Source: Trichomonas gallinae (taxonomy: Eukaryota). Taken from it: a stretch of 48,049 nt of DNA. Shown piece after piece: positions 10,864-21,372 of the stretch. The DNA is taken from contig MRSU01010352.1 in NCBI GenBank assembly GCA_008369845.1, positions 1 through 48,049 of the forward strand. Direction: 5' to 3'. Position numbers and translations under genes: made by a program. Position 1 is the first letter of the stretch, and the number at the start of each line of letters is the position of its first letter. Under the pieces are notes generated by a model that saw only the letters and a list, made by a program, of their open reading frames with translations, was not told the origin of the DNA and ran no database searches.

Positions 10864-11281
10864 AGATTTTACCGATTTAGCCTATTAAACTTTGTTTGTA
10901 TTGTTTTTGATAATTTGATTTCAAACTTTCTTTTTTTTATTAAATTAATTGCTTGTAAATCGAAGATTTAGTCAATTTTTACATGAATTTCGTAAATATA
11001 TGAAAAGATAAATAGAAAATGTATATTGAAAAATAATTTTAGATTAACATTGAACAAATGAAATAGAACATAATTAAATTGTATCTAAAGATGGAATAAT
11101 TTATATAAAACAAATCAAAAGTCTTTATTCATTTTTTATCATCTTGAAATTTAAACAATGAATAATTTCGGGCTCCAAAATATAATATTAATAAAATTTT
11201 TATAAAGTATAGATGGATGACATGTTGTAGTACGATGTGTGATAGTATAATAGTTAAATAGGGTTTTGAGCAATGTGAAAA

Positions 11282-12289
11282 TCAAAAGCTAGAAAATGAA
11301 AAATAAAGAGCAGGAACTGCATGGACGAAGATATTTCCACATCCATTCTGGTAATCAAGAACAGTACATGGAGCGACGATAGGTTTTATTGTCTCGCATT
11401 CACCAAGAGACAAATGCATCGGCGGCATGTCGAAAAACGAATCAATTCCAGCATTTGTTGACAAAACAGCTCCGTTTGTTGTGGTATTTGAATCAGAGTA
11501 ACATGAACTCAATGAAATTATAGAACCTGAAACTCCAACAGAAAAGAGAGGATCTATGCGATTATCAAGAATGCTGCAGCCAATAAGATTAGCATTCTTA
11601 TTGAAAGAAAAAACACCGTAAAGATCGATGGAATTTCCAATTTCATTTCTTTTATTCCCTATGATATTTGATAATAAGATAGTGACTGATCTTTCTGACG
11701 AAAGTCCAACTATTGTTTCCTTTTCCTGCGTGTTATTCCTTATAGTTTCAAATTTCAAATTTAAATTGAATTCGCCATGGCCATGGCCATATCCAGAGGC
11801 CGTTATGCAGTTATTATATGTTACATTGTTGTTTGATGATTGAAGAGGACCGTAATTGGTTAGAAAGTTTGCTTCGCCTGTTGATGTATTAAAACCACAA
11901 CTAGTCACCGTTATAAAGCGATTGATTAGTTTTGTCTGTTCTGATTGAGAAACAATTACAAGAAATGTCTCTATTGGACATACTCTTGTTGATGTTGATT
12001 TGTAGTAACAAACTTTATCTTGAATAAAATCACCGTTACTCATATAAGAAACGGAACCTGCTTTTTCGTCCACAGATGTTGAGCATTCTGAAAAAATAGT
12101 TTCTTCAACAAGCATTTTATCCTGTTGTGCTGAATCAATATAAATCGCTCCATATTCTATCTGCTTGACAAAATGACATAAGAAGACCCAAAAACATCCT
12201 GAAGTTGCATTAAAATGAGTTGTTTCTCCTTGTTTAGTAGTATAATCCGTTTCTGTAAAATAATTTTCCCAATTACGATGCATTGGCAT
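11282..12289 (-). CDS. Hypothetical lineage-family protein (Asn/Cys/Ser-rich, possibly beta-helix/Pmp-like) with a hydrophobic C-tail
   Basis: 335-aa ORF with Inr TCATT upstream. Motifs YGAIYI, FSECST, NIIGN and HLSLGEC; C-terminal Cys spacer plus hydrophobic end. Confidence 0.7.
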   Translation of the reverse strand: MPMHRNWENYFTETDYTTKQGETTHFNATSGCFWVFLCHFVKQIEYGAIYIDSAQQDKMLVEETIFSECSTSVDEKAGSVSYMSNGDFIQDKVCYYKSTSTRVCPIETFLVIVSQSEQTKLINRFITVTSCGFNTSTGEANFLTNYGPLQSSNNNVTYNNCITASGYGHGHGEFNLNLKFETIRNNTQEKETIVGLSSERSVTILLSNIIGNKRNEIGNSIDLYGVFSFNKNANLIGCSILDNRIDPLFSVGVSGSIISLSSCYSDSNTTTNGAVLSTNAGIDSFFDMPPMHLSLGECETIKPIVAPCTVLDYQNGCGNIFVHAVPALYFSFSSF

Positions 12290-12945
12290 GAATTAAAAAA
12301 TGAACCAAATTTTTTTTTGTTAATCGTCATTCATTGAATAATTTTTAATCGAAATATTAATAAAAAATATATAACAAGTATATATAAACAAAAATTTTTT
12401 CTCAAATTTGAGTTTTCAGAAACTTTTTGATAATTAATTTTTTGAAACAATTATAACACATTTATTCTCTATGTATTAATAAAGAAAATTATTCATTGGC
12501 ATTTTTTGAAAATAACGTATTTAATTTACAATTGAACTCAAAATTTTTACCAATAGTATTAGATATCATTAGAGATGATTTTTTCTAACTTTGACAAAAT
12601 TTAACGTTTAAAATAAGTTTAAGACTTTAAGCTCTGTTACTATAATGCATTCTATTTAAGGATATGATTTATAACGTTTATCTCTATAAATGATCTATCA
12701 AAATTTTTGACAAATTCAAATTACACTTCAATATGGTTAATTAAGGATGCTATTATTTGAAATATATAACTGCATTCGGAGATGTATGTTATAGACAACT
12801 ATAATGCAGCATTTAGGATCAAAAAAAAATTATCAAAATAACATATTGATATTTTTTATAAAATACTAAGATTAAGTTTTATTGTTAGAAGACTAGATAT
12901 AGGTGAAACGATTTTTATATCAAATAAACAAATAAAAATAAAATT

Positions 12946-14250
12946 TCATTCTTTCTTTTCACGAGAATGCTTAAAACAAGGTCTGAATATCAATCCTATG
13001 AGTATAAGCAATAACTCAAACAGGAATGGACCAAAATATGTCTTTCTAAAGAACATCAAGTATCGAGAAGCAAAGAGTAGATCCCAGCCTGTTCCTTGGT
13101 AATAGTTCATAAATATAGAGAAAGCCCTGTCGAATGTAATAGCAACATTTTCTCCAAAGAATTTCTCGATTATTGGCGAGAAAAGTTTAAATCTCTGGTA
13201 ATCAACAATAGAATTCACAAGAACAACGAATGCGTAGAAATAATAGCCACTATAGAATCCATGCCAGTAAGCTGAAACGAAAAATGTCGACGCTTTAGCA
13301 ATAATACTTGGTAATCCTAAAGAAATGACTCTCACGTACACAAACTCCTTCAAGAAGAAGTGTACTGAATGATTCCACTCTGTGACATACAAAGAAAGGT
13401 TCCTGGACTTGTAGAAATATTCTGGTCTAAATGATCTGCAGTTTTCTGGATCAAATGATTTTATCCTAGGAGCACCTTGAGCAAGTAGTCCAGATTCACA
13501 GCCAAGCCATGCAAAAACGTAACGTGAAGAGTGTAATAACGAAAACACGAAAGAAATCGCTAGAACGACAATATAAGGCTTATCATAGAAAGCTTTATCG
13601 AGAATCATCTTAGTTGGGAAGAAAGCAACAGCCAAACCGTGGAAAAATCCATTCAAGAAAGATAATCCAAAAGGTTTCAGTCCTTTCTTGATATCTTCGT
13701 CGTCTTCTTCTTGTGAGGACTTAAGCTCCATCATCTCGTGGAAAACGGAGAAAGGTAGAACTGGTCCAGAATATAATCCTGTGAAACTGAATAAATAAAC
13801 GTAATAATCAAAAATATTTGGTGGACTCTTCAGTGCCATGTTAATCCAAGCTTGTCTTTTGAGATTTCTTCGTCCATCGAAAACATTGAAAATTGTCATC
13901 ACTAATCTTAGTGCTGAGAACATAATAAGGCCGGAGAGATCTGAGTCCCATTCACCTATGGTTCCAAGACGCTTGTAATGAATGTAAAAGACTCCACAAA
14001 CAGGAATCATAATTCCAGATAAATTTATTGGATTTGGTAAGAAAAGTGTGAGATAAACGATTAACTCTGCTAAAGCAACATACAAAAATTCCAGTCCATA
14101 CAATAAATAGCAAAGAATTAGACCGGAAAATAAATGAAAAAGCTTTCTGTAAGATGGATTCCGTAATTTTCGCGATATTATACCATGTGGATATCCTAGA
14201 ACTACGCCTAATGTCAAAACAATGTTATGAATCAATGCTTTACTTACCAT
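12946..14250 (-). CDS. MBOAT family membrane-bound O-acyltransferase (lysophospholipid acyltransferase-like)
   Basis: Multi-TM protein with GLYSGP, RYVFAW, WNHSVHFFLKEFVYVR and SAYWHGFYSGYY (catalytic His). Confidence 0.92.
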   Translation of the reverse strand: MVSKALIHNIVLTLGVVLGYPHGIISRKLRNPSYRKLFHLFSGLILCYLLYGLEFLYVALAELIVYLTLFLPNPINLSGIMIPVCGVFYIHYKRLGTIGEWDSDLSGLIMFSALRLVMTIFNVFDGRRNLKRQAWINMALKSPPNIFDYYVYLFSFTGLYSGPVLPFSVFHEMMELKSSQEEDDEDIKKGLKPFGLSFLNGFFHGLAVAFFPTKMILDKAFYDKPYIVVLAISFVFSLLHSSRYVFAWLGCESGLLAQGAPRIKSFDPENCRSFRPEYFYKSRNLSLYVTEWNHSVHFFLKEFVYVRVISLGLPSIIAKASTFFVSAYWHGFYSGYYFYAFVVLVNSIVDYQRFKLFSPIIEKFFGENVAITFDRAFSIFMNYYQGTGWDLLFASRYLMFFRKTYFGPFLFELLLILIGLIFRPCFKHSREKKE

Positions 14251-14271
14251 TTAAAAAAATGATATGATTTG

Positions 14272-14325
14272 AAAAGTGTCAATAAAAGTGACGATAAATA
14301 AAAGTGACAAATTTACAAAAGTGAC
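14272..14325. promoter_or_regulatory. Array of four AAAAGTG(A/T)C motifs upstream of the MBOAT gene
   Basis: AAAAGTGTC at 14272; AAAAGTGAC at 14284, 14300 and 14317; 22-75 nt upstream of the minus-strand ATG at 14250. Confidence 0.7.
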
Positions 14326-14576
14326 AAATTTTAAAAATCATCATTTTTTTGTTTATTCTATATATATGTCGTATTAAGGATTTCATATATATCTTTTACA
14401 CTGTATATTTCATGAACTTAACCTCCTATTTTGTAATTTTGTAGAATATTCATATTTGTATATTGTATATATTGCATTTGAATATGTGTTTTTTTACATT
14501 AGAGACTTAATATTCAGCTTAATGAGTTTACCAATAGTTACTTAATAAGAAAAACACGAATTAAAAAAGATAAAAT

Positions 14577-15172
14577 TTATCTAACAGAATTATTTACTAA
14601 ACACTCAATTAAAACATGGATTGAACATAAGTGGTGAATGATTTCGTTTGTGTTATCTGTAAAACCAGGATAAAATTCAAACCAAGAAATATATTGGCCG
14701 TGACTTTCAATTCCTTTAGCATAGTCTATTTCCTTAAGTCTCACATAGCGATATTTAGTTTTTTCATCAAAGGTATAAACAATTTCTCGTTCCTTTCTGG
14801 TTGAATTTATTTCTTTATATACAGTTTTGTAGTTAATATTGTCCACTGAGAATTGTAAAATGTATGACGGATTCACTTGATTCCAAACATAACCAAAACC
14901 ATTGTAAATTTGAATTTTATTAATAAATCTCGGCGCAAGAAAATCGAATGTTATTTGATTACCTGGTTGAGTATATAACCACCATTTAGTGGAATTATTG
15001 CCCTCACAAAGCAGTAAAGGATTTCTATAATTTTCAGGATATAAAGGATCATAAGTAGTGATTTTAACAAAGCCTTTATCAACAAGATTTGGCCCATGCT
15101 TAGAACGCAAATACCTAAATACACCGACATCACTCAAATCAGATTAATTCTATAAATACCAAAAACTTTCAT
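14577..15172 (-). pseudogene. F5/8 type C (discoidin/galactose-binding-like) family gene lacking an in-frame ATG
   Basis: Body is open 15143-14577 (GVFRYL...ITFDF...LQFSVDNINY...YRYVRL...WFEFY). In-frame TAA at 15146. ATG 15172 is 35 nt from the in-frame TTG at 15137, so out of frame. Confidence 0.6.
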
Positions 15173-15324
15173 TGACAAATATGTCAAATATTTAATCTTT
15201 ATTTGGCAAAATGTCAAAAATCACATTTTTTTTTGAAAAAATTAAAACATGCATGGAGCATTTAATTTATAGTAATTACTGTTCCAACATCTTCTCATAG
15301 TTCCTAGGATTGATGTCTGAAAAG

Positions 15325-15600
15325 TCACGGCCTTGAATCAGGCTTATGCTCATCTTGAAGCTGCGTAGTTGAGTCGATGATAAACAGGTTTGATGACTTG
15401 AAGTACAGATGGAACAGTGAGAAGCAAATCAACGGAGATATGAATTTAGATGAAGTTCTGCACATCATGAGTCTTACGTCAGCACATTCGGGGAGGAAGG
15501 GAGCAGGAATGCGTGCTGAATCGTATACATCATGAATTTCGATTTTGTCGAGTATTGTAATCAAACTCACATCAGAATACGTGATATCCTTAAATCTCAT
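15325..15600 (-). CDS. Small hypothetical protein (possibly frameshifted in the 3' half)
   Basis: Inr TCATT about 10 nt before the ATG and coding-like GC. N-terminus resembles the 24479-24790 protein. Confidence 0.55.
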   Translation of the reverse strand: MRFKDITYSDVSLITILDKIEIHDVYDSARIPAPFLPECADVRLMMCRTSSKFISPLICFSLFHLYFKSSNLFIIDSTTQLQDEHKPDSRP

Positions 15601-15716
15601 GGTGCAAAATGAATTAAAATATATTTCTGCAATTTTTTTTTCAGATTTTTGAATGCAGTTAATATCTAAAATAATAAAGAAAAAAATATTATTTACATTT
15701 AATAAAAAATAAAGAA

Positions 15717-18700
15717 TTAAGCATCAATATCTTCGATATCTGCGTCATCAATGTCATCGTAGTCGTTTCCGTGCTGTTCTCCGCGTGGTCCATCGTATTT
15801 CTGACCAGCGGCGTTGTAAATTCTGTCGATTTCCGCGACATCCAAGAACCATGTAATATCTGTTCCAGAACCTCTCAAGTCTTCGAGGATCTTGTAAGCA
15901 TTCTTGTAGTTTCCCTGTTGTGAGTAGCATTGAACCATTAGAATATAAACGTCGTCAGATCTCAGGCATGTCTCTATCTCCTTTGTTCTGAGCAACTCGA
16001 CGCAAATAGCTATGGCTTTCTTCGGATCAGTCTGCACGAGCTGAGTTGCCTGTATGTACAGAGAAATGAGTTTGACTTTCATGACCAGAGACTTCATTAT
16101 CGTGTCTTTGTTTTTCATTCCTTCTGTTTCGTCTAGGACTTCAATCGACTTCTTGATCAGCTCGAGGCCATTTGAATATGACTGGTATTCGTCGATTTCA
16201 ACTTGAGCTGCTGACTCGTAGAATCTCGCGAGTTTGTCTGGGGCTCCAGCTCTGTTGTAGAAGTCGACAACTGTATCGAATATCTGTGGGTTGTCGTGAG
16301 TTGGCAGTGTCTGTAGATAGTTGGCAGCCAATATATATGCTTCCCTCCTTCTGAATGTTTTTGCGAATTTGACAACTTTCTGCGTATCACCGGCTCTGAT
16401 GAGAACTTTGATTGATGCCAGATAATCTTTGAGCTTGAGATACAGCTTAGAAGCTGTTGTGAAGTCACGCTGCTGTTCGCAAAGGGCAGCGAACCTCTTG
16501 AGAACTTCTTCATCTGAAGTGTTGATGTCAGATAACTGCTGGATGACATTTTGTGAGATCTTGATGTTGTGCTGGTTGCATAACTCGATAACAATGTCGA
16601 ATTGCTGGGCCAAAGCGTAGCACTGGGCAGCTTTCGACCATCTCTCTGACTCTACGAAGTATTTTCCGCACCTAATCAAGACAGAGCTGTCGGTTTTCGC
16701 TGTCAGACTGTCAGAAATTTCGTCTAACGCATCATATTGCTTGTGTTTGAAACACAATGTTAAAGCTCTGTTCAATCTTCCTGCACGAGAATACAATAAA
16801 ATAGCATTCTTGACCTCCTTCTGGGACTCAAACCACTGAGCAGCTCTGCAAACTATTGTTTGCGGCGCTGAGAAACTCAATGAAAGAATGTCGTCAATCA
16901 TTTCTTTCTCCAATGCATAATTCATCGCCTGTCCAAACTGCATTGCTCTTCTGAACGTCTCGATAATTTCGTGCTTGAGCTTGTCAGCCTGTGCAGTGTC
17001 ATTGTTCTCCGTCAAATAGTCGACCTTTCTCATCAAAAGTCTCGCGTATTGGCAGATGACACTTCTCTGTTTGCACCTTTTGACATATTTTGACGCTTCA
17101 TCCCATTGGCCATTTATGCACAGCAATCTGACATATTCAGAAGCAGCGCCCGCATATTCGTAGTACCTCAAAGACAGTTCGACCTGGTTGTGCGCCTCGA
17201 AGAATCTTGCAAGCCATAATAAGACTGCTTTAGGAACATCAGCGACGTTTCTTTCTTCGACGTAATTAAAGATAAGTTTAAAGTCGTCGCTTTGAACAGC
17301 GAGTCTTGGCAACTCTTCACCAACTGTTCCACTCTCTTCGTACTTCTTGACTGCCTCTTCAAGGTCTCCGTGTATTTCGAGGCTGCGAGCGTATTGGTAA
17401 GCGATGGCGCGTTTGTGAATTCTGTCAGATGTTGTCGCGATTTTGAGTGCTTCAGCGAAGTCTCCTGTTGCTTGTGCGACTTTCGCCAATAGATCAAACC
17501 TTCTGTTTGTCTTGGCGACCTCTTTAGCTTCATTGTAGATGCCTAATTGTGTGTCAACAACAACCATGGCGTCAACATCACTTTCGCCTTTAACCCTTGC
17601 GTTGTGCAACAAAATTGCTGAGCCGCCGTCTTCCATTTTTCCGAAGCAAAGATCGGCCAAGTCTATTCTCCTCATCTGAGCGCATGTCTGGGCAAGAGAT
17701 CTCCATGTTCCCTTGTTGTTGATGCCCCTGATTGCGTTGAACGCAGCGTCGATATCGCCTGTAGCCAGATGGAAGTTTAACTCCATCAAAGCTTTCTTTG
17801 ATTCTTCGTCGACATTATCTAAGCCTTCGAACTGAGGCAAGACACTGTAACCTGGCGCTGAATTGTAGTCAGTCATCAGGACATTGGGGAGGTCTACTCC
17901 GCACAAGTGCCTGCTGTCGTCAACTTGAAGAGGAGTCTGCCTGAAAACTTCTAAAGAGTCAGCGACAAAAAGTGGAAATACTTGTGTTCCATTTAACTTC
18001 GATTCGAACGAGTTGCTGTAAGGGACAACCTGCACACACAATAATCTCGGGTCTTCGTTGTCCCAGCAGTGCTCTTTCGGTACTTTTCCGTCGAATGGAA
18101 TAGAAACTGTTTTGTCGAATTGAGGAGAATGAAGGTATAAGTCTGGGGCCGGTTTCCAGACGTCATCTTCAAATATGTCAATTGCTATGGAAATGCAGAA
18201 GCCTCCACATGACACTGAGACGTCCCTGACCCTGAATGTGTCATAGTCTGCCCAGAAAACTGTTGAAAATTGTAAATCTGGTTGTCTTCTTAATGTTTTG
18301 AACAAAAATACTGACAAATCGTCTGTTACTATGCATAGATATGCACCATTTGCAACGAAATGTGTGACTTTGGCTGTTGTTCCTAATGAAATTGTTTGTT
18401 TAACGACACCTTGAAGATTTCTGATGATAAGGCTTTGTCCAAGGCATTCATATGTGTTTTCGTTATAAATAGTTGTGAATGGAGTGTTTGTTGTGATATT
18501 ATCTCTGAATGGAGTTAATTCGCTATTTCTGATCGCATAGATCGAAGATTGTGTTGCTGTGGATACTAAAACGTGTGATCCACTTGAGCTTATTGTCTCA
18601 ATCACTTGATTTGTCTTGATACTTCTTCCATTTCCTGAAACAAGTGTTTTTGGATCGCTTTGCCATACAGTGACCTCCTTTGTAGACAGTGTATGTGTAA

Positions 18701-19721
18701 GAACACGCCTAAAAACAAGAGGACGCCTTCCATTTGCGCTTGCAACAAAAAATGGACCAGCTGTTGACCAAATCGCGGATTCGACTTTGCTGCCGAGATC
18801 CTTGATGACTGGTGCTGCCCAACCTGACTTCAAATTCATGCCTTTCATTGTGCATTTAAATGCAATAATATGACCTATAATGGTAGTCGCATACAAAGTT
18901 GCGTCTATGGCATCGAAATAGAGAGATGTAACGTTTTCTTCGTTCGGAGTTCTTAAAATTTGAGTATCATCCGAATTTATATTTTGAATGTTGATTGTAT
19001 TACCGATAGCATAGCAAATTGTATCCGGCTTTAGTTTTATTATTCGTGGTACATCACCAACATTTAACTTTACTTGTGATTGTTTCGTTATTGAAGGAGG
19101 AAGAGTATATTGCGATAAAATGTTGTCGCCTGATATAATAAGTAGCTTATTTGCAGCTGGCATGATTGTAAGAGAGTGAATTGGTATTGGACACTCGCAT
19201 ATATCGATAAGATTTCCGGTTGAATTGTTTTCAAATCCAAATAAATTGCCATTGGAGTCTGCTAAGAATGCGTAAAGCATATCTTTCTGGATCCAAACAG
19301 CTTTTGTGAATGGATTTTTGCCTTTTGCCGCAAAAATTTGTCTTGGAGCAGAAGATCCGTCCCAAGCGACAACTCCGCAATTTTCTGCTGCGGAAAGGAA
19401 AATTGGGATCGTAGGATGCCACGCAAGTAAATTAATCGCGCTTTTCATTGAATTTGAAGAATTTTGGACTTTTCCATCGTTCCAGACAGTAACAACGCCG
19501 TCATTCCATCCGATTGCGAGAATGTCACAGTTGGAGCACCATTCTATGGCAGTTGCTTGAGCGTTTCTAGAGACAGGCTGATAGCTGCATTCATTTCCGT
19601 TATCGTAGAAGAAATGGACGCTGCCGTCGCCCGGGACAACGGCTATGATGTTCTGGAAATGCGACATCGAGCATTGTTTGAGAGATGGCAGGCCAGAAAT
19701 GTCAGTTCCAACGAACGCCAT
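15717..19721 (-). CDS. IFT140: Intraflagellar transport protein 140 (IFT-A; WD40 + TPR)
   Basis: 1334 aa with N-terminal WD-like repeats. The segment LATGDIDAAFNAIRGI...WRSLAQTCAQMRRIDLADLCFGKM, plus DRIH and YILAANYLQTL, is characteristic of IFT140. Confidence 0.93.
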   Translation of the reverse strand: MAFVGTDISGLPSLKQCSMSHFQNIIAVVPGDGSVHFFYDNGNECSYQPVSRNAQATAIEWCSNCDILAIGWNDGVVTVWNDGKVQNSSNSMKSAINLLAWHPTIPIFLSAAENCGVVAWDGSSAPRQIFAAKGKNPFTKAVWIQKDMLYAFLADSNGNLFGFENNSTGNLIDICECPIPIHSLTIMPAANKLLIISGDNILSQYTLPPSITKQSQVKLNVGDVPRIIKLKPDTICYAIGNTINIQNINSDDTQILRTPNEENVTSLYFDAIDATLYATTIIGHIIAFKCTMKGMNLKSGWAAPVIKDLGSKVESAIWSTAGPFFVASANGRRPLVFRRVLTHTLSTKEVTVWQSDPKTLVSGNGRSIKTNQVIETISSSGSHVLVSTATQSSIYAIRNSELTPFRDNITTNTPFTTIYNENTYECLGQSLIIRNLQGVVKQTISLGTTAKVTHFVANGAYLCIVTDDLSVFLFKTLRRQPDLQFSTVFWADYDTFRVRDVSVSCGGFCISIAIDIFEDDVWKPAPDLYLHSPQFDKTVSIPFDGKVPKEHCWDNEDPRLLCVQVVPYSNSFESKLNGTQVFPLFVADSLEVFRQTPLQVDDSRHLCGVDLPNVLMTDYNSAPGYSVLPQFEGLDNVDEESKKALMELNFHLATGDIDAAFNAIRGINNKGTWRSLAQTCAQMRRIDLADLCFGKMEDGGSAILLHNARVKGESDVDAMVVVDTQLGIYNEAKEVAKTNRRFDLLAKVAQATGDFAEALKIATTSDRIHKRAIAYQYARSLEIHGDLEEAVKKYEESGTVGEELPRLAVQSDDFKLIFNYVEERNVADVPKAVLLWLARFFEAHNQVELSLRYYEYAGAASEYVRLLCINGQWDEASKYVKRCKQRSVICQYARLLMRKVDYLTENNDTAQADKLKHEIIETFRRAMQFGQAMNYALEKEMIDDILSLSFSAPQTIVCRAAQWFESQKEVKNAILLYSRAGRLNRALTLCFKHKQYDALDEISDSLTAKTDSSVLIRCGKYFVESERWSKAAQCYALAQQFDIVIELCNQHNIKISQNVIQQLSDINTSDEEVLKRFAALCEQQRDFTTASKLYLKLKDYLASIKVLIRAGDTQKVVKFAKTFRRREAYILAANYLQTLPTHDNPQIFDTVVDFYNRAGAPDKLARFYESAAQVEIDEYQSYSNGLELIKKSIEVLDETEGMKNKDTIMKSLVMKVKLISLYIQATQLVQTDPKKAIAICVELLRTKEIETCLRSDDVYILMVQCYSQQGNYKNAYKILEDLRGSGTDITWFLDVAEIDRIYNAAGQKYDGPRGEQHGNDYDDIDDADIEDIDA

Positions 19722-20204
19722 CTTTTTTTTTTTTACGTTTTTCTTTTTATAAACGGATATAAAGGACTCGATTTTATTGCATTTTTAGAGGATTTGTTTG
19801 TTTTTGTTTGGATTTGTTAGAGAAATTTGGTGAAAACTTGCGATTTTTTGGAAAAAAAATTGATTGTTGATAAAATCATTATGTTAATCATGTAGATGAA
19901 ATATCTTCAAGAAATATATTTGAAATTTCTAATAATCAATCCGCGATTTTGAGAATTTTGTTAAAAAAAAAAATCTTATATTTAGCGTGTGTACAATATG
20001 TCATTCAATAACTATAATTGAATTATGTTTATATATTTGAAATGTCCTGCGAGTATCAAACAATTTTGGTTTCAAAATAATGCATCAGATAACGATTGAA
20101 TTGCATTCAAAATAGGCACTTTTAGGAATAAAAATTTAGTTAATTCATCTTTATGAAAAGAGTTTATTTAGAGTTTTAAAATCAATACAGTATTTATTGG
20201 TTTA

Positions 20205-21171
20205 TTATTCACTAATCAAAACATCAAAAAATAAAAATTGATATCCAAATGTTCCTATTCTACAATAATAAGAAATTGGTGAACTTATTAGTACTAAAGT
20301 TGTGATTCGGATGAAACCGTTGCCTTGATGACCGATTTCTGTTGAGTTTGAGGTTGGTGATGGCATCGGAAGACTCCCCGGAATCATTGTGATATTGGAA
20401 GCTATTTGACTGACAAATGCACTTCCTCCTGAACCTCCCGATGCTCCACCTCCACCCCCTCCAAAAAAGCCACCACCGCCCCCACCAGAGGAACTTTGGT
20501 GGTTGCCAACAATGCCATCACCTCCAATACCAAGGGTACCCTTCGTTCCTGGATAATCTGTAGAATTTGTGTACCCTGGATATGTTTGTGAGGCCCCAAA
20601 AACGACGTAACTATCAACTTTATTTCCAATACCGGCGCTGTCACCAGCGATTTCTCCACCTCCATGGCCTCCATGGCCGCCTTCATTGTTGTAAGAGTTG
20701 GTGATGGCAGCACCACCACCTCCTCCTGCAACAATGATGCGATCATAAATACTATCACCACTGAGACGTATATCGGTTGCTCCACCACCAGAAGCGGTAT
20801 TCAAATTACCACTCCCACATCCAGCTGAACCTCCGCCGTTGTATCCTCCTGGGATTGCTTCAGAAGAAACAGCATCAGAAAGGCCTTTGCCGCCGATTCG
20901 AGCACTCAAATTTGTTGACATATTAAATTTAAATATTCCCGAGGCATAGCCTCCGTTACCACCATAGTGATATAGCCCTTTTTCTACGTGAGAAGCGTTG
21001 CCTCCTGATGCACCCCAGCATTCGATTTTATATACACCGGGAAAGAGTATGATAGTAAATGGAGAGCATGAGACAGAACTCCCACACTTATAGTCATATA
21101 TCTCAATTTTATTTGCTGCATCAGCCGGAATGCGACTTACGTTGTGATATTAAAGCTATACTGCTTTTCAT
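20205..21171 (-). pseudogene. Glycine-rich family gene (ALK/LTK-type Gly-rich domain; PE-PGRS/loricrin-like label) with an out-of-frame start
   Basis: The frame is open from 21149 to 20205 (NVSRIP...PGVYKIECWGASGG...GGYASG...GGGATDIR...RIIVAGGGGG...GNGFIRIT), 76 codons upstream of the track's ATG 20921. In-frame TAA at 21152. ATG 21171 is 1 nt out of frame. Confidence 0.7.
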
Positions 21172-21266
21172 AATTCAATAGGGGTCAAACAATTGAGATA
21201 TGGTATTCAATTAATTGTATGTATATCATAGAAATTGGATGTGTCAAACGTATATCGTATAATACA

Positions 21267-21303
21267 TTTCTGACAAATAAATTGATTTTCTGACGAATAA
21301 ATT
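21267..21303. repeat. Tandem 17-bp direct repeat in a divergent promoter
   Basis: tttctgacaaataaatt (21267-21283) and tttctgacgaataaatt (21287-21303), 20-bp period. Confidence 0.7.
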
Positions 21304-21372
21304 TGTTTATTGTCAAAATTATGAATTTTGACATATTCTTCTTTGTTCAAAACTCACTAAATTATAGCGAAT

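Noticed and set aside
15133..15159. Candidate 27-nt GT...AG intron at the 5' end of the discoidin-like gene
   Set aside because: Its length is a multiple of three so it does not fix the frame, and there is no branch-point consensus.
21345..21367. Candidate 23-nt GT...AG intron (gttcaaaactcactaaattatag) joining ATG 21321 to the BspA-like frame
   Set aside because: Splicing restores the frame but leaves an in-frame TGA at 21374, and it lacks the ACTAAC...CAG trichomonad branch/3' consensus.
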